DNA from: Bacteroidales bacterium
GTDB lineage: Bacteria > Bacteroidota > Bacteroidia > Bacteroidales > VadinHA17
NCBI GenBank assembly: GCA_024762655.1
Contig: JANTHB010000004.1
Location: forward strand, 9,966-73,965
Direction of reading: 5' to 3'
DNA: 64,000 bases
This document shows, in pieces, positions 28,848 to 40,648 of the stretch (its first letter is position 1; every line of letters starts with the position of its first letter). The translations under genes were made by a program, and so were the position numbers. The notes beneath the pieces are model-generated. The model was not told where the DNA came from, searched no databases, and was given only the letters and a program-made list of their open reading frames with translations.

Positions 28848-29792
28848 ATGATACGTATAGGACTGGACGTAATGGGCGGCGATTACGCTCCGCACGCTAT
28901 TTTAGCCGGAGCGGAACTAGCCAAAAAAACGCTTCCTGAAGACGTCCGGATCGTTCTTGTCGGGAACAAAGAGATCATTCATGAACAACTGAAAAAATAT
29001 CCCGTACTGAAAGACTGTGCGGAGATTGTTCATGCCCCTGAAGTAATAGAAATGGGGGATCATCCTACCAAAGCTTTTAGCCAAAAACAGGAATCTAGTA
29101 TTGTAATAGGGTTCAAACTCCTGGAACAAAAGAAAGTGGACGCTTTTGCCAGCGCCGGGAATACCGGCGCTATGCTCGTTGGAACAACCATGACGGTAAA
29201 AACCATCCCCGGAGTGATTCGTCCCACGATTGCCGCTACCTTGCCCAATATCCACAACGGACAAACCGTAATACTGGATGTGGGGATTGCTCCCGATTCC
29301 AGACCTGATGTTCTTTTTCAATACGGTCTCCTGGGTTCCCTGTATGCCCAATATGTATTCAAAATCCCCAAACCCCGTGTTGCCCTCCTGAATATCGGTG
29401 CCGAATCTACCAAAGGAAACCTGGTAACACGGTCCGCTTATGAACTGATGAAAGACACCAGCCGTTACCGGTTTGTGGGAAATATCGAAAGCAACGAGTT
29501 TTTTACCTCGGATAAAGCGGATGTAGTGGTTTGTGACGGGTTTGTTGGAAATGTAGTCCTGAAAGAAGCCGAATCTTTTTATTTTATCGCCAAAGCCAGA
29601 GGAATCAAAGATGATTTTCTGGAACGTTTTAACTTTGAAAAATACGGTGGAACTCCTGTGCTCGGCGTTAATGGCAATGTAATTATCGGACACGGGATCT
29701 CCAATGAAACAGCCATAAAAAACATGTTACACCAGACCCTGGAAATTGTCAGAGCAGATCTAACCAATAAAATCTTAAAAGCATTCAAATAA
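28848..29792 (+). CDS. plsX: Phosphate acyltransferase PlsX
   Basis: [19 protein letters not shown] and conserved synteny in the order rpmF-plsX-fabH. Confidence 0.95.
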   Translation: MIRIGLDVMGGDYAPHAILAGAELAKKTLPEDVRIVLVGNKEIIHEQLKKYPVLKDCAEIVHAPEVIEMGDHPTKAFSQKQESSIVIGFKLLEQKKVDAFASAGNTGAMLVGTTMTVKTIPGVIRPTIAATLPNIHNGQTVILDVGIAPDSRPDVLFQYGLLGSLYAQYVFKIPKPRVALLNIGAESTKGNLVTRSAYELMKDTSRYRFVGNIESNEFFTSDKADVVVCDGFVGNVVLKEAESFYFIAKARGIKDDFLERFNFEKYGGTPVLGVNGNVIIGHGISNETAIKNMLHQTLEIVRADLTNKILKAFK

Positions 29793-29793
29793 A

Positions 29794-30795
29794 ATGAGTA
29801 AAATTCATGCTGCCATCACCGGCGTTCACGCCTGGGTTCCTGATTATAAGCTCACCAACGAAGAACTGTCTAAAATGGTAGACACTTCCGACGAATGGAT
29901 TATGCAACGCATCGGGATCAAAGAAAGACGGATCCTGAAAGGAGAACGAGGGTCTTCCTACATGGGAGCCAAGGCCGTCAGGGGTTTACTGGAAAAAACC
30001 GGTACCTCCCCGGATGACGTAGACCTGCTTTTATGCGCTACGGTTACACCCGACCGTCTTTTCCCGGCTACCTCAAATATAATTTGTGATAAGGTCGGTA
30101 TCAAAAATGCATGGGGTTTTGATATCAATGCGGCTTGTTCCGGCTTTCTTTATACGCTGCAAACAGCTTCTGAATTTGTAGAATCCGGAAAATACAAAAA
30201 GGTAGTGGTTGTCGGGGCTGATAAAATGTCGGCTATCACCGACTATACCGACCGCACAACCTGTCCTCTATTCGGAGATGCCGCAGCTGCGGTTCTACTT
30301 GAACCTACCGGGGAAGAAGTTGGCATAATGGACCATATTTTTCATGTGGACGGTTCAGGCAGAAAATATCTTTATATGAAAGCAGGAGGCTCGGTCAGAC
30401 CGCCTTCTCATGAAACCGTAGAAAACCGGGAGCATTTCGTCTACCAGGACGGAAAGGTGGTTTTCAAATTTGCCGTATCACGTATGGCGGATGTGTCCGT
30501 TGAAATGATGGAAAAACATAATCTGACTCCCGAAACACTCAATTGGCTGGTCCCGCATCAGGCCAACATGAGAATTATTGAAGCCACCGCCAAAAGAATG
30601 GGGCTCCCTAAAGAAAAAGTAATGATCAACATCCAGAAATACGGGAATACCACTACGGCAACCATTCCCCTCTGCCTGTATGAATGGGAAGACCAGCTGA
30701 AAAAAGGAGATAATCTTATTCTTGCAGCTTTCGGTGGTGGATTTACCTGGGGATCCCTGTATCTGAAATGGGCCTATGACGGAAAGAAAAAGTAA
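29794..30795 (+). CDS. fabH: 3-oxoacyl-ACP synthase III
   Basis: The active-site Cys context NAACSGFLY, plus HQAN and GNTTTATIP. Confidence 0.95.
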   Translation: MSKIHAAITGVHAWVPDYKLTNEELSKMVDTSDEWIMQRIGIKERRILKGERGSSYMGAKAVRGLLEKTGTSPDDVDLLLCATVTPDRLFPATSNIICDKVGIKNAWGFDINAACSGFLYTLQTASEFVESGKYKKVVVVGADKMSAITDYTDRTTCPLFGDAAAAVLLEPTGEEVGIMDHIFHVDGSGRKYLYMKAGGSVRPPSHETVENREHFVYQDGKVVFKFAVSRMADVSVEMMEKHNLTPETLNWLVPHQANMRIIEATAKRMGLPKEKVMINIQKYGNTTTATIPLCLYEWEDQLKKGDNLILAAFGGGFTWGSLYLKWAYDGKKK

Positions 30796-30894
30796 AATCC
30801 GGGAATATTGGAAAACCAGGGTTTTTTTCTACCTTTATACCCTTAATTTTTAAGTGAATACTAAACAATATTACACCCATAAAATAAATTAAAA

Positions 30895-31320
30895 ATGGCT
30901 AAATATAACGGCACGGATAGCAACAATGCAATTGTAAATTTTATTACTGCAGGAACGGAAATCACCGGAGACATCAACTCCAATGAAGGAATACGTATAG
31001 AAGGAAGTCTTACGGGAAACATTACCACCAAAGGGAAACTGGTTATCGGGGAAACCGGAAAGGTAAAAGGGGAGATTACGTGCAAAAATGCTGAAGTTTT
31101 TGGATTCATTGAAGGCAAAATAAGCGTCTCCGAACTACTATCCCTGAGAAAAACAGCCCGTATTAATGGAGACATCATGACCAATAAACTGGCTATAGAA
31201 CCCGGCTCGAAGTTTACAGGCAATTGTAATATGACCGATGACAGAAGCTCAAAAACCTTCCAGCAGGAAGAAAAAAACAAATCTAAAGCCGCCGCTACGG
31301 AAGACAAAAAAACAGCTTGA
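30895..31320 (+). CDS. Bactofilin (polymer-forming cytoskeletal) family protein
   Basis: Repeated beta-helix pattern (ITGDINSNEGIRIEGSLTGNITTKGKLVIGETGKVKGEI...) with a charged C-terminal tail. Confidence 0.8.
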   Translation: MAKYNGTDSNNAIVNFITAGTEITGDINSNEGIRIEGSLTGNITTKGKLVIGETGKVKGEITCKNAEVFGFIEGKISVSELLSLRKTARINGDIMTNKLAIEPGSKFTGNCNMTDDRSSKTFQQEEKNKSKAAATEDKKTA

Positions 31321-31501
31321 CAATTATGTAAAATACTCCAGTATGGCTCTCGAAATGGGAGTGATCATTTTTCTCGGCGTTTTCGGAGGATTAAAACTGG
31401 ACCAAAAGCTGAACCTTTCTTTTCCTCTCTTTACTTTGCTGTTGTCCATTGTCTCGGTTTCCCTGGCGATTTATGTAGCCATTAAAGATTTTCTAAAATA
31501 A
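31238..31501 (+). CDS. AtpZ/AtpI-like small membrane protein of the ATP synthase locus
   Basis: NYVKYSSMALEMGVIIFLGVFGGLKLD fits the AtpZ pattern. The only in-frame start upstream of this conserved block is the ATG at 31238, which overlaps the bactofilin gene by 83 nt. An alternative ATG is at 31343. Confidence 0.6.
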   Translation: MTEAQKPSSRKKKTNLKPPLRKTKKQLDNYVKYSSMALEMGVIIFLGVFGGLKLDQKLNLSFPLFTLLLSIVSVSLAIYVAIKDFLK

Positions 31502-31506
31502 GGCCT

Positions 31507-31872
31507 ATGTCCCTGTATAGAAAACCCCTGATAAACATCAGTATCACCACATTGTTTTTAATTGTTGCCGCCATTATTCTCCATCGGCGTTTTTCATATC
31601 TTTATCTTCCCGTCACTCCTCCCTTGATTGGGTTTTTCCTTTTTTTATATCTCGGTTTTTCCTTTTTGCTTCTTCGTAAAAAAAAGGATAAAACAGCCCG
31701 TTTTATAAACCGTTTTATTTTACTCACCGGGGTCAAGTTCTTTCTTCTTTTTGTCTTTATACTTCTCTATCTGATTCTGGTCAAAACAAACAATGCCCTT
31801 TTTCTTGCTTATGTATTGGTTTTGTATACCGTATATTCACTGGTGACATATTCTTCCATACTTTCCGCTTAA
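31507..31872 (+). CDS. Small polytopic membrane protein upstream of atpB
   Basis: 121 aa with 3-4 hydrophobic segments and no recognisable catalytic motif. The call rests on position only. Confidence 0.55.
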   Translation: MSLYRKPLINISITTLFLIVAAIILHRRFSYLYLPVTPPLIGFFLFLYLGFSFLLLRKKKDKTARFINRFILLTGVKFFLLFVFILLYLILVKTNNALFLAYVLVLYTVYSLVTYSSILSA

Positions 31873-31955
31873 AAAAATAAATAAGAAATGCATATCAGGT
31901 AGTTAATACCGTTTTTTTTTTATTTTTGCTTCACTACTCTGAAAAAGCTTCTGCA

Positions 31956-33068
31956 GTGAAACAACGCGTAATAATAACCTCTGTTTTTATCCTTGCAATA
32001 CTATCGATAATTGTTTTATCGTCAGCGATGCTCCCAAAGAAAACGGCAAGCAAAGAAGAAAAGAGGGTTGACTCTGCACAGGAAAAAACGTCTGGATCTT
32101 TTGATGCCAGAGAAATGATCATGGATCACATCATGGATTCCTATGAATGGCATCTTTTCACATACAAGGATTATCATTGCAGTATCCCTTTGCCGGTCAT
32201 TTTATATAGTAAAGACAAAGGCCTTCATATATTTTTCAGCTCTAAACTACATCATGGAGAAAGCAGTTACAAGGGGTTTAAAATCTCTACGGAAGAAAAA
32301 TATCACGGAAAAATTGTTGAGGAACTGCCGGACGGTTCTATTGTCAAACCTCTCGACCTTTCGATAACGAAAGTCACCGTAGCTTTTCTCTTCACCATGT
32401 TGTTTATGGTTTGGCTCTTTGTCTCTATTGCAAATGCTTACAAACGGCATAAAGATGAGCCGCCCCATGGCATGCAAAATCTTTTGGAACCTTTAATCCT
32501 CTTTATCCGGGACGAAGTGGCAAGACCTTCCATTGGAGAAAAATATGAACGATACATGCCTTATCTCCTGACGTTGTTTTTCTTTATTTTCTTCAATAAT
32601 ATTTTTGGGCTGATCCCCATCCCTCCGGGAGGGGCCAATGTGATGGGTAATGTTGCCATCCCCACGGTCATGGCCTTGTTTACTTTTGCTCTTGTTATTT
32701 TAAGTTCAACAAAATATTTCTGGATTGACATTTTTAATACCCCCGGAGTCCCATGGTGGCTGAAATTCCCGATCCCCTTACTACCCCTGATTGAATTTCT
32801 GAGTCTTTTCATCAAACATATTGTCCTGGTAATCCGGCTTTTTGCCAATATTATCGCCGGACATATCGTGGCCTTGGGATTTTTTGCCCTGATATTTATT
32901 TTTGGGGAAATGAGTTTGCTGGGAGGTTACGGAATATCTTTTGTTTCGGTTCCTTTTACGGTTTTCCTGACTTTACTCGAAATTTTGGTTGCTTTTATCC
33001 AGGCTTACGTATTTACTTTATTGTCTGCTTTATATGTCGGCCTGGCCATGGAAGAGCCTCACCATTAG
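31956..33068 (+). CDS. atpB: F0F1 ATP synthase subunit a
   Basis: The C-terminal blocks IRLFANIIAGHI and LEILVAFIQAYVFTLLSALY. The track start (TTG at 31926) lies inside a TATTTTTG -7 box at 31921..31928, so the GTG at 31956 or a later start is more likely. Confidence 0.88.
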   Translation: MKQRVIITSVFILAILSIIVLSSAMLPKKTASKEEKRVDSAQEKTSGSFDAREMIMDHIMDSYEWHLFTYKDYHCSIPLPVILYSKDKGLHIFFSSKLHHGESSYKGFKISTEEKYHGKIVEELPDGSIVKPLDLSITKVTVAFLFTMLFMVWLFVSIANAYKRHKDEPPHGMQNLLEPLILFIRDEVARPSIGEKYERYMPYLLTLFFFIFFNNIFGLIPIPPGGANVMGNVAIPTVMALFTFALVILSSTKYFWIDIFNTPGVPWWLKFPIPLLPLIEFLSLFIKHIVLVIRLFANIIAGHIVALGFFALIFIFGEMSLLGGYGISFVSVPFTVFLTLLEILVAFIQAYVFTLLSALYVGLAMEEPHH

Positions 33069-33081
33069 TTCTATATATTAA

Positions 33082-33351
<270 letters not shown>

Positions 33352-33363
33352 TAGTGAAACCTT

Positions 33364-33398
33364 GCAAAGTGGTTCAGCGATTGGCTGAACTGCTTTGC
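33364..33398 (+). other. Intercistronic stem-loop between atpE and atpF
   Basis: GCAAAGTGGTTCAGC ... GCTGAACTGCTTTGC is an imperfect inverted repeat, followed by a T-rich run. Confidence 0.4.
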
Positions 33399-33442
33399 TT
33401 CTTTCTTCATTCGAAACAATGTCTTCTTAAAAACAAAATATC

Positions 33443-33937
33443 ATGGAACTTGTAACCCCTGATGTAGGTTTATTATTCTGGATGCTGGTTTCCTTTACAT
33501 TGCTGTTAATCATTCTGAAAAAATTTGCCTGGAAACCGATTCTCAATTCCCTCCGGGAGAGAGAGGAGTCGATTTCAGAAGCCTTGAGCACAGCAGAAAA
33601 AGCCAGGGCTGAAATGGAAAAGCTGAAGACTGATAACGAAGCAATCATACGGGAAGCACGCATTGAAAAAGAGAAAATCCTGAAAGAAGCCAGAGAAATA
33701 AAAAACCAGATTGTAGATAAAGCAAAACAGGAAGCCACACAGGAAGCCCATAAGATCATAGAAGTGGCCCGGCTGAATATCCGCCAGGAAAAAGCCATGG
33801 CGCTGGATGAAATAAAAAAACAAGTGGCTGAACTTTCGGTGGATATTGCAGAAAAAATCCTGCGGGAAAAACTATCTGCAGATAGCGAGCAAAAGAAAAT
33901 GATCGAAAAATATCTGGAGGATATCCGGTTAAATTAA
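33443..33937 (+). CDS. atpF: F0F1 ATP synthase subunit b
   Basis: A single N-terminal TM segment followed by a long charged helix, in the expected position between atpE and atpH. Confidence 0.9.
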   Translation: MELVTPDVGLLFWMLVSFTLLLIILKKFAWKPILNSLREREESISEALSTAEKARAEMEKLKTDNEAIIREARIEKEKILKEAREIKNQIVDKAKQEATQEAHKIIEVARLNIRQEKAMALDEIKKQVAELSVDIAEKILREKLSADSEQKKMIEKYLEDIRLN

Positions 33938-33956
33938 CTCTTTCACGCAACAACTC

Positions 33957-34499
33957 ATGAATGTCAGCCAAATAGCTGTAAGATATGCCAAAGCCTTTTA
34001 TCTGGCCGCCCGTGATGCAGGGATGCTGAACAAAGCTTTCCGGGATATCAACCTGATTCAGTCCGCTATCCAGGACAATCCGGAATTCAGGGATGTTTTG
34101 GACAGCCCGGTTATCACCGATGCAGAGAAGATAAGTGTGCTGAAAAACTCCTTTTATCCTTTTATACAGCCTCTTACAGCTCAATTTCTTAACCTTATCC
34201 TGCTAAATAACCGGGAAATTTTCCTTCCGGATATTGCTCGTAATTTTATCGATCAATACAAAAAGCTGCAGGGGATCACCTATGCTCAACTGACAACCAC
34301 CAAGACCGTTGATAAGAAAGTTGTTGAGAAAATTAAAAAACGACTGAGTGAAAGACTTAAGTCTGATATCCAGCTTACCCCCCTGACCGATCCGGAAATT
34401 ATTGGAGGTTTCATCCTGAACATTGAAGATATCCGGTTTGATGCAAGTGTCCGCTCAGCTTTGCAAAACATGAAAAAAGAACTTACCAGAACAAAATAG
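33957..34499 (+). CDS. atpH: F0F1 ATP synthase subunit delta
   Basis: 180 aa. The start pattern (AVRYAKAFYLAA) resembles OSCP/delta, and the gene is in the expected position. Confidence 0.85.
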   Translation: MNVSQIAVRYAKAFYLAARDAGMLNKAFRDINLIQSAIQDNPEFRDVLDSPVITDAEKISVLKNSFYPFIQPLTAQFLNLILLNNREIFLPDIARNFIDQYKKLQGITYAQLTTTKTVDKKVVEKIKKRLSERLKSDIQLTPLTDPEIIGGFILNIEDIRFDASVRSALQNMKKELTRTK

Positions 34500-34514
34500 A
34501 AAAGAGATACCATT

Positions 34515-36098
34515 ATGGCTACAATCAAACCCAGTGAAGTATCAGAAATATTAAAACAACAGATCGAAGGGATCACCTCACAGATCTCCATGGAAGAAGT
34601 GGGGACGGTTCTGCAGGTAGGCGATGGCATCGCCCGTATTTACGGTCTTTCAAATGTACAGGCCAATGAACTTATTGAATTTGGGAACGGGGTACAGGGA
34701 ATTGTCATGAACCTTGAGGAAGACAATGTGGGAGCTGTACTCCTGGGACCTTCCGAAGGGATCAAGGAAGGAGATACCGTCAAAAGACTCCACCGCATCT
34801 CTTCGATCATGGTAGGGAAGTCTCTGCTGGGCAGGGTAATCAACCCGCTGGGACAGCCTCTTGACGGCAAAGGGCCCATCAAAGGAGACCTCTACGAGAT
34901 GCCTTTCGAGAGAAAAGCTCCCGGTGTAATCTTCCGGCAACCGGTGAATGAGCCGGTACAGACAGGTATCAAAGCCATTGATGCCATGATCCCCATCGGA
35001 CGGGGCCAACGCGAACTGATCATCGGCGACCGGCAAACCGGAAAAACCGCCATCGCTATTGATACGATCATCAACCAACGGCAAAACTTCCTGGACGGAA
35101 AACCGCTTTATTGTATTTATGTAGCCATCGGACAAAAAGGCTCGACCGTAGCCAACATTGCCAAGACGCTGGAAGATTACGGGGCCCTGGATTATACCGT
35201 GATCGTCGCGGCTACCGCCTCCGATCCGGCCGCCCTGCAGTTTTATGCTCCTTTTGCCGGCGCTTCCATTGGCGAATTCTTCCGCGATACCGGCGAAGCA
35301 GCACTGATCATCTATGACGATCTGTCCAAACAAGCGGTTTCCTACCGTGAAGTATCCCTGTTGCTACGTCGTCCTCCGGGACGTGAAGCTTATCCCGGCG
35401 ATGTGTTTTACCTGCACTCCCGCCTTCTCGAACGCGCTGCCAAAATCATCGAATCGGATGAGATCGCCGCCCAGATGAATGACCTGCCACCCTCCATAAA
35501 GAAGTTGGTGAAAGGCGGAGGTTCGCTCACGGCCCTACCGATTATTGAAACCCAGGCCGGTGACGTTTCCGCCTATATCCCGACCAATGTGATCTCTATC
35601 ACAGACGGTCAGATATTTCTGGAATCTGACCTCTTTAATGCCGGCGTACGTCCGGCCATCAACGTGGGAATATCCGTTAGCCGTGTCGGAGGAGCCGCAC
35701 AGATTAAATCTATGAAAAAGGTGGCAGGGACCCTGAAACTCGATCAGGCCCAATACCGGGAACTGGAAGCTTTCTCCAAATTCGGTTCCGATCTGGATGC
35801 TTCTACCCTGGCAATCCTGGACAAAGGAGCTAAAAATGTTGAGATACTGAAACAAAATCAGTACTCTCCGGTACCCGTAGAAAAACAGGTTGCTATCATC
35901 TTTGCCGGAACAAAAGGATTGTTACGGGATGTGCCGGTCAGTAAGATTAAGGACTTTGAGGAAGATTTTCTCGAACTGCTGGAAATCAAACACAAGGACA
36001 TCCTGAAAACCATCAAAAAAGGAGAATTCCCGGATGATGTGGCTAAGAAACTCGAGAAAATTATCTCCGACCTGACCCCTAAATATAAAGAAGAGTAA
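34515..36098 (+). CDS. atpA: F0F1 ATP synthase subunit alpha
   Basis: The Walker A motif GDRQTGKT and highly conserved alpha-subunit blocks. Confidence 0.97.
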   Translation: MATIKPSEVSEILKQQIEGITSQISMEEVGTVLQVGDGIARIYGLSNVQANELIEFGNGVQGIVMNLEEDNVGAVLLGPSEGIKEGDTVKRLHRISSIMVGKSLLGRVINPLGQPLDGKGPIKGDLYEMPFERKAPGVIFRQPVNEPVQTGIKAIDAMIPIGRGQRELIIGDRQTGKTAIAIDTIINQRQNFLDGKPLYCIYVAIGQKGSTVANIAKTLEDYGALDYTVIVAATASDPAALQFYAPFAGASIGEFFRDTGEAALIIYDDLSKQAVSYREVSLLLRRPPGREAYPGDVFYLHSRLLERAAKIIESDEIAAQMNDLPPSIKKLVKGGGSLTALPIIETQAGDVSAYIPTNVISITDGQIFLESDLFNAGVRPAINVGISVSRVGGAAQIKSMKKVAGTLKLDQAQYRELEAFSKFGSDLDASTLAILDKGAKNVEILKQNQYSPVPVEKQVAIIFAGTKGLLRDVPVSKIKDFEEDFLELLEIKHKDILKTIKKGEFPDDVAKKLEKIISDLTPKYKEE

Positions 36099-36116
36099 CT
36101 TCATTTTTCCCTTTTT

Positions 36117-37004
36117 ATGGCAGGACTAAAAGAAATAAGGACCCGAATCACCAGTGTAAAGTCAACAAGGCAGATCACGCAGGCTATGAAAATGGTGGCC
36201 GCAGCCAAACTGAGAAAAAATCAGGAAAAGATTCTCATGCTCCGGCCTTATGCCAACAAACTCGAACAAATCATGGTCAGCATCCGCCAGGGCCTTGAAA
36301 ATGATGTTGAGAATCCATTGATGCAGGATCGTCCTCCCGAAAAAGTACTGCTCATCCTGATAACTTCAAACAGGGGCCTTTGCGGAGCTTTTAACAACAA
36401 TGCCATCGCTAAGGCCATCGAGGTGGCTACTACTGAATATGCCACCCAATGGAAACAAAAACAACTCTCTTTCTTTGCCATCGGGAAAAAAGGAGCTGAT
36501 TTCCTGAAATCAAAAAATTATCCGCTGGAAGGGTCCAATACCGAAATTTTTGACAAACTTGATTTTGCAGGAGTCGTTGAACTGGAAACCCACTTTACCG
36601 ATCTGTTCCTTTCCGGAAAATATGACCGGATCGACTTTATATACAACCAGTTTAAGAATGCTGCCGTACACATTCTTACCCATGAGACCTTCCTGCCGGT
36701 TATTGGAAAGGAAAACAAAGAAAAAGAGAAGCCCGGTATAAAAATGGATTATATTTTTGAACCCACCCGCGATGAACTGGTAAATGACCTGATTCCAAAA
36801 ACCCTGAGAATACAATTTTACAAAGTGCTTCTGGATTCCTTCTCTGCAGAACACGGAGCCAGGATGACAGCCATGCACCAGGCCACCGATAATGCCAATG
36901 AACTGATCAAAGAACTTACACTGCACTATAACAAAGCTCGCCAGGCTGCCATCACCAAAGAGATCCTGGATATCGTAGGAGGAGCCGAAGCACTGAAACA
37001 ATAA
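36117..37004 (+). CDS. atpG: F0F1 ATP synthase subunit gamma
   Basis: The N-terminal LKEIRTRITSVKSTRQITQAMKMVAAAKL and the C-terminal ITKEILDIVGGAEAL. Confidence 0.95.
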   Translation: MAGLKEIRTRITSVKSTRQITQAMKMVAAAKLRKNQEKILMLRPYANKLEQIMVSIRQGLENDVENPLMQDRPPEKVLLILITSNRGLCGAFNNNAIAKAIEVATTEYATQWKQKQLSFFAIGKKGADFLKSKNYPLEGSNTEIFDKLDFAGVVELETHFTDLFLSGKYDRIDFIYNQFKNAAVHILTHETFLPVIGKENKEKEKPGIKMDYIFEPTRDELVNDLIPKTLRIQFYKVLLDSFSAEHGARMTAMHQATDNANELIKELTLHYNKARQAAITKEILDIVGGAEALKQ

Positions 37005-37028
37005 TTTAATTAAGCCTGTCTGGGGACC

Positions 37029-38003
37029 ATGTATACATTTAACGAGTTATCCGAAAGAGTTAATAAGATTATCCAGGAGTTGGATATCCCGGAGGCTCCT
37101 GCAGAATTGTACGAACCGATCCGTTACATACTCAACCTGGGAGGCAAACGTATTCGCCCGGTATTGACCCTTATGACCGCGAATCTGTTCAAGGATAATA
37201 TTGAGGATGCCCTGGCTCCTGCCATCAGCATTGAGCTGTTTCATAATTTCACCCTGATCCACGACGATATTATGGATCAGGCTTCCTTGAGGAGAAATCA
37301 TTCCACGGTACATACACGGTGGAATGTCAATATCGGAATCCTGTCCGGGGATGCCCTTTCGATCTATGCATACAGGTATTTACTGAAGGCTCCCAGGGAC
37401 AGACTGTACCGGCTGTTGGAAATTTTCAATGATACGGCCCTTAAGGTCTGTGAAGGCCAGCAACTGGACATGAATTATGAAAATATCCCGGAAATAACGG
37501 TAGATGACTATCTGACGATGATTGAGCTGAAAACCGCTATTCTTCTCGCCGGAGCAATGAAAATCGGGGGAATTATCTCCGGAGCTTCAGAGAAACAAAT
37601 CAACCACCTCTATGAGAGCGGAAAATATCTGGGACTGGCATTTCAAATTCAGGATGATTTTCTCGATAGTTACGGAGATACTGAAACATTTGGAAAAACG
37701 ATCGGGGGAGATATTCTCAGTAATAAAAAAACTTTTTTGCTGGTCTATACGCTTGGACACCTGCCCGAAGGCAGAAAAAAAGAAATGATGAAGATACTGG
37801 ACGCTCCCATAACAAATAACCGGGAGTATATTTCCACAATCAAAAGTTTTTACGATTCGGTAAATATTCAGAAAATAACCAAAAATATGATAGCCGACTA
37901 TTTCCGGAAAGGGATGGACGAACTGGCAAAAACAAAAGTCAGTACCGAAAGAAGAAAAGGGCTGGAAGAACTTATCACCTCCCTGATATCAAGGACTAAA
38001 TAA
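37029..38003 (+). CDS. Polyprenyl diphosphate synthase family protein
   Basis: A first DDxxD motif (LIHDDIMD) and a second (QIQDDFLD). Confidence 0.9.
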   Translation: MYTFNELSERVNKIIQELDIPEAPAELYEPIRYILNLGGKRIRPVLTLMTANLFKDNIEDALAPAISIELFHNFTLIHDDIMDQASLRRNHSTVHTRWNVNIGILSGDALSIYAYRYLLKAPRDRLYRLLEIFNDTALKVCEGQQLDMNYENIPEITVDDYLTMIELKTAILLAGAMKIGGIISGASEKQINHLYESGKYLGLAFQIQDDFLDSYGDTETFGKTIGGDILSNKKTFLLVYTLGHLPEGRKKEMMKILDAPITNNREYISTIKSFYDSVNIQKITKNMIADYFRKGMDELAKTKVSTERRKGLEELITSLISRTK

Positions 38004-38059
38004 AAATGTATTGTTTTAAACCATCTAAACATAGGACCTGCAAAAAAATTGTAATATAA

Positions 38060-39586
<1,527 letters not shown>

Positions 39587-39603
39587 ACTAAAACCCTACT
39601 ACT

Positions 39604-39846
39604 TTGTATCTTGAAATCATAACACCAGAAAAAAAAGTCTTTGCCGGAGAGGTCAGATTGGTACAGGTACCGGGGACCAAAGGATCTTTTGAGATCCTGC
39701 ACAACCATGCTCCAATCATTTCCTCGCTGCAGGAGGGTACGGTGCGTTATATCACCAACGAAGGAGTGGAAAAAACAGTAGAATTAAACGGAGGTGTCAT
39801 TGAAGCAAAGAACAACCACATTACCATTCTCGGGGAATTTACCTAA
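39604..39846 (+). CDS. atpC: F0F1 ATP synthase subunit epsilon (short form)
   Basis: LEIITPEKKVFAGEV...VPGTKGSFEILHNHAPIIS. Uses a TTG start, 80 aa. Confidence 0.85.
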   Translation: MYLEIITPEKKVFAGEVRLVQVPGTKGSFEILHNHAPIISSLQEGTVRYITNEGVEKTVELNGGVIEAKNNHITILGEFT

Positions 39847-40576
39847 AACTCCGATTATCTTATTCTTGTTATTCTGGAGTCTCATCCCCCCAACCAAAGG
39901 TCAGGATAAGATGATCTTTCCTGCCAGCGACTCTTTACCGGTTACTGCTGACTTTTATCCCGGTAATGCGGATGAGCCCTATATCCTGCTTTTTCACGAT
40001 GAAGATGGCAGCCGTGGAGAATACAGGAATATTGCTCCGCGTTTGGTCAGGATCGGATATAACTGTCTGGCTGTTGACTTGCGCCAGGGAAAAGAAAGCC
40101 ATTTTGTATCCGACGAAACCGCCAGAAGAGCCGACTCTCTTCATCTTTACCCCAAAAAGAGCGACTGTCTTAAGGATATTGAAGGAGCAATCCGTTATGC
40201 CGTTCAAAGAAGCCACCGGCCTGTCGTTTTGTTCGGAAGCTCTTTTTCCGCTTCCCTTTGTCTGCTGGCAGCCAAAAACAACCCCGATGTAAAGGCCGTG
40301 GTAGCATTCAGCCCCGGAGAATTTTTTAAACCTCAACTCTCGGTCCGTGACTCTTTACAGGGATATGACAAATTAACGCTGGTAGCCGGAGCTAAATTTG
40401 AATACCCTTATCTAATCGAAATTTCCGAAAATATTCCGGACGACAAAAAAACTATTTTTGTACCCTCCCAGGCAGAAGGAGAACATGGCATAAATGCTCT
40501 GTCTGAATCCAATCCGGCATCCAACGACTACTGGCTTTCCCTGCTGATGTTCTTTCGAAACGTTAAAAAACTTTAG
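39794..40576 (+). CDS. Alpha/beta hydrolase fold protein, probably exported
   Basis: It has the LLFHDEDGS and GSSFSAS (GxSxS-type nucleophile elbow) motifs. The start is unresolved. The GTG at 39794 overlaps atpC by 53 nt, and TTG 39866 and ATG 39911 are alternatives. Confidence 0.7.
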   Translation: MSLKQRTTTLPFSGNLPKTPIILFLLFWSLIPPTKGQDKMIFPASDSLPVTADFYPGNADEPYILLFHDEDGSRGEYRNIAPRLVRIGYNCLAVDLRQGKESHFVSDETARRADSLHLYPKKSDCLKDIEGAIRYAVQRSHRPVVLFGSSFSASLCLLAAKNNPDVKAVVAFSPGEFFKPQLSVRDSLQGYDKLTLVAGAKFEYPYLIEISENIPDDKKTIFVPSQAEGEHGINALSESNPASNDYWLSLLMFFRNVKKL

Positions 40577-40648
40577 AATTCCCGTTTTTATTCTCTGCAC
40601 CAGGGAAAGACAAAATCAGGAATATTAAAACTTCAAATCCATTTTATT

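Noticed and set aside
28917-29693. 258-aa ORF antisense to plsX, with similar cases opposite atpA (34650-35333), atpG (36510-37001), tyrS (56793-57368), the PfkB kinase (12792-13271) and the PP2C gene (60690-61220)
   Set aside because: All of them oppose highly conserved housekeeping genes and show no motifs of their own.
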